This document shows, one piece after another, positions 8,735-17,826 of a DNA stretch of 64,000 nucleotides. Origin of the DNA: an uncultured Solirubrobacteraceae bacterium (lineage in GTDB: Bacteria > Actinomycetota > Thermoleophilia > Solirubrobacterales > Solirubrobacteraceae); the NCBI GenBank assembly GCA_963759375.1, contig CAVWYY010000004.1, positions 337,844 to 401,843 on the forward strand, given 5' to 3'. The number at the start of each line of letters is the position of its first letter. Positions within the stretch are counted from its first letter, which is position 1. The notes beneath the pieces are model-generated. The model saw nothing but the letters and a program-made list of their open reading frames with translations, did not search any database and was not told where the DNA came from. The translations under genes and the position numbers were made by a program.

Positions 8735-10325
8735 CCTCACCCCCATGGCCACCGCCGCCGCCCCGCGCCCGGCGTGGAACGTCAAGGGTCGGTCGCTGAC
8801 CCGCACGCGGTTGCTCACGCCCCTGGGGCTCGCGGCGCTGATGCTGCTCGCGCTCGCGCTGCGGACGACGGAGATGGGCATCGGCTTCTGGATCGACGAA
8901 GGGCTGTCGGTGGGGATCGCCGACCGCCCGCTGAGCGACATCCCGGGGATCCTGAGGCTCGACGGCTCGCCGCCGTTCTACTACATGCTGCTGCACGTCT
9001 GGATGAGCGTCTTCGGGACCACAGAGGAGGCGACCCGGGCGCTGTCGCTCGTGTTCGCGCTGCTCTCGGTCCCGGCGGCGTTCTGGGCGGCGCGCACGCT
9101 GTTCGGCACGCGGGCCGGGTGGATGGCGGCGGTGCTGGCGGCGACCAACCCGTTCCTCACGCGGTTCGCGCAGGAGGCGCGCATGTACGCGCTGCTCGCG
9201 CTGCTGGCGATCCTGGCCTGCGGCGCGTTCGGGCGCGCGTTCGCGCTCGGCGGCAGCGTCCGCGAGCGGCGGCCGTGGGCGATCTGCCTGGCCGTGGCGC
9301 TGGCGCTGATGCTCTACACCCACAACTGGGCGGTGTTCTTCGTGGCCGCGTGCGGCCTCGTCTGGCTGTTCCTGCTGTGGCGGTCGGACGAGCGGCGCGA
9401 CGTGCTCGTCACCGGGGCGATCGCGTTCGGCGGCGCGCTGCTGCTGTACCTGCCGTGGGTGCCGACCACCCTCTACCAGGCCGCCCACACCGGGGCGCCA
9501 TGGGCGGAGGCGCCGAGCGTCGTCGCGCTGCTCGGCTCGCTCGGCCAGATGGTCGGCCAGTTCGTGCAGATCGCGCTGATCCTCGTCGCCGGCGCCGGGT
9601 TCGCGACGCTGTTCGCGCGCCGGGGCGGGCGGTTGTCGCCGGCCGCGCGCGCGGCTGCGTGCCTGCTGGCGATCGGCGTGCTCACGGTCGTGCTGGCCTG
9701 GCTGTCCTCCCAGGTGTCGCCCGCGTGGGCGAACCGCTACCTGGCGGTCGGGGTGGCGCCGCTGCTGCTCGCCGCCTCCGCGGGGCTCGCCAACGCGGGT
9801 CGGCTGGGGATCGCCGGCCTGATCGTCGCCGCCGCGCTGGCCGCAGGGGACACGGCGCCGGACGACAAGAGCAACGTGCGCGACATCGCCGACGCGATCG
9901 CGCCCAGCCTGCGGCCGGGTGACATCGTGGTCTCCACCCAGCCCGAGCAGGTGTCCGTGCTCGCCTACTACCTGCCGAAGGGCGTGCGGTTCGCGACGCT
10001 CACGGGCCCGGTGAGCGACACCGGGATCACCGACTGGCGCGACGGCACGGAGCGGCTCGGCGCGACGACGGCGCAGAAGGACCTCAAGCCGCTGCTCGAC
10101 CAGCTCGAGCCCGGCCAGCGCCTGGCGCTGATCCAGCCGATCTTCTTCGACGTGCGGCGCTGGCAGGCGCCATGGACCAAGCTCGTCCGCCTGCGCTCGG
10201 GCGAGTGGAGCCAGTACCTGGGCAACGACTCGCGCTTCGGCGTCGCGGCCGCGGAGCCGGAGATGCCCATCGAGCGAAGGCCGAACGCCGTCCAGGCGAC
10301 GGTCTATGTGAAGACCAACGACTGA
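8721..10325 (+). CDS. glycosyltransferase family 39 (ArnT/PMT_2-like) membrane protein
   Basis: N-terminal FWIDEGLSVGIA...PPFYYMLLHVWMSVFG...ALSLVFALLSVPAAFW pattern typical of GT39/PMT_2, with many TM segments. Overlaps the upstream gene by 14 nt. Confidence 0.65.
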   Translation: MAAGNLTPMATAAAPRPAWNVKGRSLTRTRLLTPLGLAALMLLALALRTTEMGIGFWIDEGLSVGIADRPLSDIPGILRLDGSPPFYYMLLHVWMSVFGTTEEATRALSLVFALLSVPAAFWAARTLFGTRAGWMAAVLAATNPFLTRFAQEARMYALLALLAILACGAFGRAFALGGSVRERRPWAICLAVALALMLYTHNWAVFFVAACGLVWLFLLWRSDERRDVLVTGAIAFGGALLLYLPWVPTTLYQAAHTGAPWAEAPSVVALLGSLGQMVGQFVQIALILVAGAGFATLFARRGGRLSPAARAAACLLAIGVLTVVLAWLSSQVSPAWANRYLAVGVAPLLLAASAGLANAGRLGIAGLIVAAALAAGDTAPDDKSNVRDIADAIAPSLRPGDIVVSTQPEQVSVLAYYLPKGVRFATLTGPVSDTGITDWRDGTERLGATTAQKDLKPLLDQLEPGQRLALIQPIFFDVRRWQAPWTKLVRLRSGEWSQYLGNDSRFGVAAAEPEMPIERRPNAVQATVYVKTND

Positions 10326-10389
10326 GCTACGATGCCGGGCGCGGCGTCCGGGCTGCAGTGAAGTTCAACCGAACGTATGGAGACGCCGT

Positions 10390-10767
10390 ATGCGTAAGGC
10401 AGGGATTCTCGTGGTCGCCATGATCGCGATCGCCGCCACCTTCGGGACCGCGGCCGCCTCGGCCAAGACCTACTACCGGACGCCGTTCGGCAAGGTGGTC
10501 TACAAGCCGAAGACGGTCGATTTCCACGACTTGAAGCTCACCAAGCTCAAGTGGCGGCACTGGGGCTCGAAGGTCGCCCGCGCGCACGGCCGGTCGCGCG
10601 TGAACGACTGCATCCCGTACTGCGCCGCGGGCACGATCCACTTCGGGTCAGCATCGGTGCACATCTACCGCCGCCAGACCATCGACGGGAAGCGCCAGTA
10701 CACGTGCATCAAGGGCACCGCCAAGGCGGACGGCCAGAAGTGGCCGATCCATCTCTGCGGCCCCTAG
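10390..10767 (+). CDS. small secreted Cys-containing protein, hypothetical
   Basis: Signal peptide MRKAGILVVAMIAIAATFGTAAASA followed by a basic mature part with 4 Cys. Confidence 0.6.
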   Translation: MRKAGILVVAMIAIAATFGTAAASAKTYYRTPFGKVVYKPKTVDFHDLKLTKLKWRHWGSKVARAHGRSRVNDCIPYCAAGTIHFGSASVHIYRRQTIDGKRQYTCIKGTAKADGQKWPIHLCGP

Positions 10768-12239
10768 CGCGCGACCGCGTCGCGCGGCCCGCCTGACGGG
10801 CCGCCGGCGCCCTCGGGCTCGGCCGACGCGAGCGTGATCTCGAAGCACGCGCCGGGCCCGTCGCCCTCGGCGAGGAGCAGCGTGCCGCCCATGCGCGCGG
10901 CCAGCTCGCGGCCGATCGCCAGACCGAGCCCGAAGCCGCTCTCCGGGCCGACGTGGCGGCCGCGGTGGAAGCGCTCGAAGATGTGCTCGCGCTCCTCCTC
11001 GGGGATCCCCGGCCCGCGGTCGGCCACGCGGATCCCCGCCTTGCCGCGGTCGGACGTCGTGCTCAGCGTCACCGGCTGGCCCGCCGGGCCGTAGCGGAGC
11101 GCGTTGTCGAGCAGGATGCGGACCACGCGCGCGACGGCGTCGGGGTCGCCGCGGCCCCAGCAGCCGTCCGGCGGGTGGATGACCTCGAGGTCGACGTCGA
11201 GCTCGGAGGCGCGGAGGTCGAACTCAGCGGCCACGGCCCGCGCGAGCTCGCCCAGTTCGACGGGCTCGGAGCGCAGCTGCACCGCCGCATCGAGGCGGCT
11301 GAGGTCCAGCAGCTCGCCCGCCAGGGCCGACAGCCGCCGCAGCTCCCGGCGCGCGTTGGTCACCTGCAGCTGGGCGTCCTCGATGTCCACGCGCCCGTCG
11401 TGCAGGTCCTCGGCGAGCAGCTCCATCGTGCCCTGGAGCATCGTCAGCGGGGTGCGCAGCTCATGCGACGCGGTGGAGACGAACGAGCGCCGCGCGGCCT
11501 CCTGGCGGCGCAGCTCCTCCTGCATCCGGGCGAGCGCGCGGGCGAGGTCGCCGACCTCGTCGCGGCCGGTGTCCCTCGGCGCGGGCGCATCCGGGCCTTC
11601 GGCCGAGATCCGCAGCGCGACGGCGCGCAGCCGGCCGAGCCGGCGCAGCAGCGTGTTCGACAGCGTGATGCCGAGCAGGACCGCGACCAGCAGCCCGATC
11701 GCGGCCGCCGCGAGCAGCGCGTTGCGGACCTGGTCGACCGCCGCGGTGACCTCCGTCAGGCGGCGCTGGGCGACGAGCACCCCCCGCTCCTCCCCGTTCG
11801 TGCGCAGGACGTCGGCGATGATCACCTGGTCGCCGTTCACGGTCATCTGGTCCGTGCCCTCGCGCAGGGCCCGCAGCGCGGCGTCGGTGGCGTCGGCGGT
11901 CGAGCTGCTGAACTCCGAGTCGTAGTAGAAGTCGGGCAGATAGCGGTCGTCGTCGAGCGCGTCGACGAGCACGCGCGCGTTGGCCCGGTCCTGCAGCGCG
12001 TTCGCGGCGTCGACGACCGCGCTGAAGCGCTCGCCCTGCGGCCTCGAGATCGCCCGGTCGAACTCCGGCCGGAGGTCTCGGACGCCGCCGCGGAGCGTCT
12101 CGACACTCTGGTCGCGCAGGCGGTCCCGGAGCGGGCTGAGCATGACCGCGGCGGCGACCGCCAGGGTCACCGCGCTCGTGAGGACGAAGGCCGCCAGCAG
12201 CCGGCCGCGCAGGCCGCGGGGGACCAGACGCCGGATCAT
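10764..12239 (-). CDS. sensor histidine kinase (HAMP-HisKA-HATPase)
   Basis: H-box SFVSTASHELRTPLT, N-box LLDNALRY, G-boxes DRGPGIP and GFGLGLAI, and two TM segments. Confidence 0.9.
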   Translation of the reverse strand: MIRRLVPRGLRGRLLAAFVLTSAVTLAVAAAVMLSPLRDRLRDQSVETLRGGVRDLRPEFDRAISRPQGERFSAVVDAANALQDRANARVLVDALDDDRYLPDFYYDSEFSSSTADATDAALRALREGTDQMTVNGDQVIIADVLRTNGEERGVLVAQRRLTEVTAAVDQVRNALLAAAAIGLLVAVLLGITLSNTLLRRLGRLRAVALRISAEGPDAPAPRDTGRDEVGDLARALARMQEELRRQEAARRSFVSTASHELRTPLTMLQGTMELLAEDLHDGRVDIEDAQLQVTNARRELRRLSALAGELLDLSRLDAAVQLRSEPVELGELARAVAAEFDLRASELDVDLEVIHPPDGCWGRGDPDAVARVVRILLDNALRYGPAGQPVTLSTTSDRGKAGIRVADRGPGIPEEEREHIFERFHRGRHVGPESGFGLGLAIGRELAARMGGTLLLAEGDGPGACFEITLASAEPEGAGGPSGGPRDAVAR

Positions 12240-12934
12240 GGCTCGCGGAACCGGTAGCCGCGGCCGGGGACGGTGAGGATGAGCGTCGGCTCCTCGGGCT
12301 TGGCCTCGAGCTTCTCGCGGAGGTGCCGGATGTGGACGTCGATCGCCCGCGGGTCGCGATAGGCGCTGTCGCCCCAGATCGAGCGCAGCAGCTCCTGGCG
12401 GTTGAACGCGTGGCCCGGGCGGGTCATCAGCCGGGCCAGCAGCTCGTACTCGCTGAACGTCAGCTTCACCGGCCGGCCGTCGACGGCCACGCGGCGCTCG
12501 TCCTGGTCGAGCATCACGGGGCCGACGCGCAGGCTGCCCTCGACGACGCGGCCCTGGGCGCGGCGGAGCACCGCGCGGATACGGCTGCGCAGCTCGGCGA
12601 GCCCGAACGGCTTGGTCACGTAGTCGTCGGCGCCGGCCTCCAGGCCCTGGACCGCGTCGGCCTCGCTGTCGAGCGCCGTGAGCATGATGATCGGGACCAC
12701 ATCGCGCCGGCCGCGCAGCATGCGAGCGACGTCGTGGCCGGTGGGTCCGGCGCCGAGCGCGACGTCGAGCAGCACCACGTCGAACGGGCGGTCGGCGGCG
12801 GCGTTGAGCGCCGCGGCGCCGTCGGCCACGGCCGTCACGCGGTGCCCTTCGCGCTCGAACGAACGCGTGAGCATCTCGCGCAGCGGGCGGTCGTCGTCGA
12901 CCAGCAGGATGTCCAGAGTCGATGTGGTCTGCAC
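12236..12934 (-). CDS. OmpR/PhoB-family response regulator
   Basis: Receiver domain (ILLVDDD...DVVLLD...TALD) plus a winged-helix output (LTFSEYELLARLM...VHIRHLREKLE...RGYRF). 4-nt overlap with the kinase gene. Confidence 0.9.
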   Translation of the reverse strand: MQTTSTLDILLVDDDRPLREMLTRSFEREGHRVTAVADGAAALNAAADRPFDVVLLDVALGAGPTGHDVARMLRGRRDVVPIIMLTALDSEADAVQGLEAGADDYVTKPFGLAELRSRIRAVLRRAQGRVVEGSLRVGPVMLDQDERRVAVDGRPVKLTFSEYELLARLMTRPGHAFNRQELLRSIWGDSAYRDPRAIDVHIRHLREKLEAKPEEPTLILTVPGRGYRFREP

Positions 12935-13017
12935 CTCGCGGGGAAGGCTAGCGCCCCGATTAAGGGCTGTTAGGAGGCCTTAACGGCAGGCCGGAATTCG
13001 GGCGGGAGCGGGCAAGG

Positions 13018-14547
13018 ATGGGGGCCATGTCGACCCTTGACTTCGAGACTCCACGGCGCCGCTTCGAGCGTCGTGGGACCGACCGTCCCGTCGCCGTGCT
13101 CGGTGGCGGCCCGGCCGGCCTGACGGCCGGCTACCTGCTGGCCAGGCAGGGGCGCCCCGTCATCGTCTTCGAGGCCGAGGACCAGGTGGGCGGGATCGCC
13201 AAGACCGAGGTCCGTGACGGCTATCGATTCGATCTCGGCGGGCATCGCTTCTTCACCAAGTCCAAGGAGGTCGACGACCTCTGGCACGAGGTGATGAAGG
13301 AGGAGTTCCTCAAGCGCCCGCGCCAGTCGCGGATCTTCTGGAACGGCAAGTTCCTCGCCTATCCGCTCGAGGGCATGGACGTCGTCAAGAAGCTCGGCCC
13401 GGTCGAACTCGTCCGCTCGCTGCTCTCCTACCTGTGGGCCGCCGTGAAGCCCAAGGGCAAGGAGGAGAACCTCGAGCAGTGGGTCTCCAACCGCTTCGGC
13501 AAGCGGCTCTACCAGCACTTCTTCAAGACCTACACCGAGAAGGTCTGGGGCGTCCCGACGACTGAGCTGCGCGCCGAGTGGGCCGCCCAGCGGATCAAGG
13601 GCCTGTCCTTCTTCTCCGCTGCCAAGGCCGCGTTCTTCGGCAACAAGGGCAACAAGATCAAGTCGCTGATCAACGAGTTCCACTACCCGCGCTTTGGCCC
13701 GGGCCAGATGTGGGAGACGATGGCCGACGAGATCATCGCCGCGGGCGGCGAGGTCCGCATGAACACGCCCGTCACCAAGCTCGAGGTCCGCGACGGCCAG
13801 ATCGTCGCGATCGAGGCCGGCGGCGAGCGCATCGAGCCCAGCCACGTGATCTCCTCGCTGCCGCTGCGCGCGACCGTCGGCATGGCCGGCGCCGCCGCGT
13901 CCGGCGACGTGCAGGCCGCCGCGCAGGGCCTGCGCTACCGCGACTTCCTGACGATCTCGCTGGTCATCGACGGTGAGGACCTGTTCCCGGACAACTGGAT
14001 CTACATCCACGACCCGGACGTCCGCGTCGGCCGCATCCAGAACTTCCGCTCCTGGAGCCCGTGGATGGTGCCGGACCAGTCGAAGGCGTCGGTCGGCATG
14101 GAGTACTTCTGCTTCGCCGGCGACGAGCTGTGGGACATGGACGACGACTCGCTCGTCGAGCTCGGCAAGCGCGAGCTCGGCCAGCTCGGCCTGGCCGATC
14201 CGGCCAAGGTCGAGAAGGGCTACGTCACCCGCGTCCCAAAGGCCTATCCGATGTACGACGCCGACTACGCCGAGCGCGTGGACGTCATCCGCGACTGGCT
14301 CGAGGGCGTCGGCAACCTGATCCAGGTCGGCCGGAACGGCCTGCACCGGTACAACAACTCGGACCACTCGATGCTGACGGCGATGCGCGCGGTGGAGAAC
14401 ATCACCAAGGGCACCGAGCACGACATCTGGGCGGTCAACGCCGAGTCCGTCTACCACGAGGAAGAGACGGTCGACGAGCACCCGTACAAGCGCGCCCCCG
14501 ACACCCGCTCGATGCGGGAACCCCTCGCTGACGCTCCGGTTTCCTGA
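13018..14547 (+). CDS. NAD(P)/FAD-dependent oxidoreductase (amine-oxidase / UDP-galactopyranose-mutase-like fold)
   Basis: Dinucleotide fold VAVLGGGPAGLTAGYLLARQGRPVIVFEAEDQVGGI, and YTEKVWG typical of this family. Confidence 0.75.
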   Translation: MGAMSTLDFETPRRRFERRGTDRPVAVLGGGPAGLTAGYLLARQGRPVIVFEAEDQVGGIAKTEVRDGYRFDLGGHRFFTKSKEVDDLWHEVMKEEFLKRPRQSRIFWNGKFLAYPLEGMDVVKKLGPVELVRSLLSYLWAAVKPKGKEENLEQWVSNRFGKRLYQHFFKTYTEKVWGVPTTELRAEWAAQRIKGLSFFSAAKAAFFGNKGNKIKSLINEFHYPRFGPGQMWETMADEIIAAGGEVRMNTPVTKLEVRDGQIVAIEAGGERIEPSHVISSLPLRATVGMAGAAASGDVQAAAQGLRYRDFLTISLVIDGEDLFPDNWIYIHDPDVRVGRIQNFRSWSPWMVPDQSKASVGMEYFCFAGDELWDMDDDSLVELGKRELGQLGLADPAKVEKGYVTRVPKAYPMYDADYAERVDVIRDWLEGVGNLIQVGRNGLHRYNNSDHSMLTAMRAVENITKGTEHDIWAVNAESVYHEEETVDEHPYKRAPDTRSMREPLADAPVS

Positions 14548-14687
14548 GTAAGCAAACGGACGTGTGGACGAATATCCAATGGCCGTCCAGCGGCCGTGGT
14601 GGCAGGCTGATGAGCGTCTGGAGGGCGTACGGATTTCGGGCCTGAGGCCCGCTCATGGAGGAGGCGCGGAAGGATTCGCTTGCGAAG

Positions 14688-14727
14688 CGGCCGTGTGGTG
14701 AGAGACCCACACGGCCGTTTCCTTTTC
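14688..14727 (+). terminator. intrinsic terminator (11-bp GC stem, 8-nt loop, T-rich tail)
   Basis: CGGCCGTGTGG-TGAGAGAC-CCACACGGCCG followed by TTTCCTTTTCG. Every stem pair was checked by hand. Confidence 0.6.
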
Positions 14728-14755
14728 GCCTACGACGACGGCCCCACGTGGAGTG

Positions 14756-16162
14756 CTAGCGCCGCTTGATGCGGCCGCGCTTGACGACCTTGCGGGTGTT
14801 GCCCGCGGCGTCGGTCGCGCGGACCGTGACCTGGATCCGCACGAACCGGCGGCGCTTGATCTTGCGTGCGAGCGGCTTGCTGAGCTTGAGCTTGACCGTC
14901 TTGCGCTTGTCGGCCGCGAGGTTGCGATGCCGGGTGGCCAGCCGCCGGACCTTCTTCAGCCGCGTGCCGAGCGCGATCCGGCACGCCTCGGTGCAGCGGA
15001 TGCGGACCAGGAGCCGGCGCTTCTTCAGCGCGTTCCTGACGCCGGCGAGCTTGACGCGCACGCCCGGCGCGGTCGTGTCGGCGGTGCCCGGCGTCCCGGG
15101 CGCGCAGGACGACCCGGCCCCCTCCTGGATCCGGTAGACCGGACCGGCGAGCGAGGCTGCGTAGACGCGACCGCAGGCGTCCTCGCCGAACGACGTGAGC
15201 GTGCTGACGGTGAGCGCCGTGGCGGCGTCGCCCGCGCCCGTGCGCGGCACCGCCGACCAGATCGACGAGTTGCAGTTGTCGCCGTAGACGTAGCGGCCGT
15301 TGAGGCTCGGCACGCTCCGGTCGCGCACCACGTAGCCGCCGACGATCGCGCAGAAGCCGTCGCTGTCGTGGCTGCGGGTGATCACCGGGTCGGCCTGGCA
15401 CGCCGGCTGGGTGCCCGGCCCCTCGCACGTCGGCCAGCCGAAGTTCAGGTTGCGCCCCGGCGTGGCGCCGGTCGCCCAGTTGATCTCCTCGGTCGTGACC
15501 TCGCCGACGTCGCCGATGACCAGGTCGCCGGTCGCGCGGTCGAACGAGAACCGCCAGGGGTTGCGCAGGCCGTATGACCAGATGCGACCGCTCGGATTCC
15601 CCGGCGCGGCGGCGCCGGTGGCCGGGTTGATGCGCAGGATCTTGCCGAGCTCGGAGCTCAGGTTCGGCGCGTTGGCGCCGCCGGTCCCGCCGTCGCCGGT
15701 GCTCGCGTACAGGTAGCCGTCGCGCCCGAACTGCAGCTGCCCGCCGTTGTGATTGGCGGCGCCGGGATGGGGAATCGACACGAGCTGGCGCCGGTACGAC
15801 GGATCGGCGACGTTCGGGTTCGCCGAGCGCCGCAGCTCGTAGATCTTCAGCGACCCGTCCGCCTCGGCGGTCAGGAAGACATAGAAGAGGCCGTTGGTGG
15901 CGTAGCTCGGCGAGAAGGCCATCGACAGCAGGCCGCGCTCGGAGTCATCGCTGTCGGTCAGCGCCTGCAGGTCGGCGAACACGCCGCCTCCGACGATCCG
16001 GATGACGCCGTCCTTCTCCACGACGAACACCCGCGCGTCATTGGGCGGCGACGTGACGTACAGCGGGCGATCGAAGTCGCCGACCTTGATGAGGGAGGGG
16101 GCCGCTGCGGCGGGGGCGGCGAGTGTGAGGGTGAGTGCGAGGCCGAGGAGGACGGCCCGCAT
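14756..16162 (-). CDS. PQQ-dependent sugar dehydrogenase (GSDH/sorbosone dehydrogenase-like) with a basic C-terminal extension
   Basis: ATG at 16162. Signal peptide MRAVLLGLALTLTLAAPAAA. Motifs GLLSMAFSP, HNGGQLQFGRDGYLY, GLRNPWRFSFD. The last ~110 aa are Arg/Lys-rich. Confidence 0.75.
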   Translation of the reverse strand: MRAVLLGLALTLTLAAPAAAAPSLIKVGDFDRPLYVTSPPNDARVFVVEKDGVIRIVGGGVFADLQALTDSDDSERGLLSMAFSPSYATNGLFYVFLTAEADGSLKIYELRRSANPNVADPSYRRQLVSIPHPGAANHNGGQLQFGRDGYLYASTGDGGTGGANAPNLSSELGKILRINPATGAAAPGNPSGRIWSYGLRNPWRFSFDRATGDLVIGDVGEVTTEEINWATGATPGRNLNFGWPTCEGPGTQPACQADPVITRSHDSDGFCAIVGGYVVRDRSVPSLNGRYVYGDNCNSSIWSAVPRTGAGDAATALTVSTLTSFGEDACGRVYAASLAGPVYRIQEGAGSSCAPGTPGTADTTAPGVRVKLAGVRNALKKRRLLVRIRCTEACRIALGTRLKKVRRLATRHRNLAADKRKTVKLKLSKPLARKIKRRRFVRIQVTVRATDAAGNTRKVVKRGRIKRR

Positions 16163-16530
16163 CAGTGGTCCTCGACGCGCCCGTCGGCGGGCTCGAGCGG
16201 GAGCCCCTGCGCGTCCCAGGCGGTGATGCCGCCGTCCATCGAGTAGGCGTCGTAGCCGGCGCGGCGGAACGCGTTGGCGGCCATCCCGGAGCGGGCGCCG
16301 ACGCGGCAGTAGAAGACCACGGGCTTGTCGCGCTCGATCGTGTCGGCCTGCGCGGCGACCCGTTCGAGCTCGATGTGGCGGGCGCTCTCGAGGCGCCCGG
16401 CGTCCCACTCGTAGTCCTCGCGGACGTCGATCAGCTGGATCTCGCCGGCGTCGAGCTTCTCCTTCACCCATTCGGGCTGGACGTCGACGTCGACGGCGTG
16501 GAAAGCGTGGTCCCCGGCCATGGATCCCAC
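16162..16530 (-). CDS. rhodanese-like sulfurtransferase domain protein
   Basis: Active-site loop VVFYCRVGARSG. The TGATG junction with the downstream gene overlaps by 1 nt. Confidence 0.8.
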   Translation of the reverse strand: MGSMAGDHAFHAVDVDVQPEWVKEKLDAGEIQLIDVREDYEWDAGRLESARHIELERVAAQADTIERDKPVVFYCRVGARSGMAANAFRRAGYDAYSMDGGITAWDAQGLPLEPADGRVEDH

Positions 16531-16547
16531 GGTACTAGGGTGCGCCC

Positions 16548-17826
16548 ATGGCCGCGTGGGTCAACTGGTCTCGCACGCAGCGCTGCGAGCCGGCGGCGTT
16601 CCTGCGGCCCGGGACGCGCGCGGAGGTGGCCGACGCGGTCGCCCGTGCGAAGACCGTGCGGGTCGCGGGGTCCGGGCACTCGTTCACCGGCGCGGTGCTG
16701 ACCGGCGACACGCTGCTCTCGCTCGAGCGGATGAACCGCGTGCTCGACGCCGACCCGGAGAGTGGGCTCGTGCGCGTGGAGGCCGGGATGAGCCTGCACC
16801 AGCTCACGCGCGAGCTGCACTTCCGCGGCCTGGCGCTCCCGAACCTCGGGAGACATCGACGCGCAGTCGCTGGCGGGCGCGATCGCGACCGGCACGCACG
16901 GCACCGGCGCGCGGCTGCGCAACCTGAGCGCGCAGGTCGAGTCGGTCGAGCTCGTGCTGGCCGACGGCAGCGAGCGCACGCTCGACTCCGGCGACGCGCT
17001 GCGCGCAGCGCGGATCTCGCTCGGCGCGCTCGGCGTCGTGGTCGCGGTCACGTTGCGGTGCGTGCCGTCGTTCAAGCTCCGCGGCGTCGACGGGCCTGCG
17101 CGGCTCGACGACGTCCTCGACTCGCTCGACGAGCGCGCCCGAGCCGACCACTTCGAGTTCTGGACGTTCCCGCACTCGCCGCTGGCGCTCACCCGGACCA
17201 ACTCGCACACCGACGACGAGCGCAAGGTCCCGTGGCGCGGGCAGGAGTGGTTCGAGGACATGGTGGTGGACAACTACGCGTTCGAGCTGCTCAACCGCAT
17301 CGGCCGCCGCGTCCCACAGGCGATCCCGACGATCAACCGCTCGGCCGCCCGCGCGGCCTCGAAGCGCGAGCGGGTCGACTGGTCGTTCCGCATCTTCGCC
17401 AGCCCGCGGCTGGTGCGCTTCACGGAGATGGAGTACTCGGTGCCGCGCGAGCGCGGGGTGGAGGCGCTGCGCGGCGCCCGCGAGATCCTCGAGCGCCATC
17501 CGGTGTCGTTCCCGGTCGAGTTCCGGCTCGTCGCCGGCGACGACGCGCTGCTCTCACCCGCGCACGGCCGTGACAGCGCGTACATCGCCGTCCACGTGTT
17601 CGAGGGCGTGCCGTGGGAGGCGACGTTCCGCGAGGTCGAGGCGCTGATGAGCTCGCTCGGCGGCCGCCCGCACTGGGGCAAGTGGTCGTTCCTGGGCGCG
17701 GACGAGCTCGCGCCCCGCTACCCGCGATGGGACGCGTTCCAGGCCGTGCGCGCCGAGCTCGACCCGGACGGCCGGTTCGAGAACGCGTGGGTCAGAGGAA
17801 CGCTCGGCCCTCGCCGCGGTACGTAG
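16548..17826 (+). pseudogene. FAD-linked oxidase (L-gulonolactone / D-arabinono-1,4-lactone oxidase family), frameshifted near 16848-16852
   Basis: The N-part (VRVAGSGHSF...LPNLG) is in frame of ORF 16548. The continuation DIDAQSLAGAIATGTHGTGARLRNLS...GGRPHWGK is in frame of ORF 16954..17826. One extra nucleotide in CTCGGGAGACATC breaks the NLGDID motif. Confidence 0.7.

Noticed and set aside
14605-14665. CUGAUGAG string suggesting a hammerhead ribozyme core
   Set aside because: There is no matching GAAA box, no helix II/III arrangement and no cleavage-site context. The 8-mer is better explained as one arm of the ATGAGCG/CGCTCAT helix.
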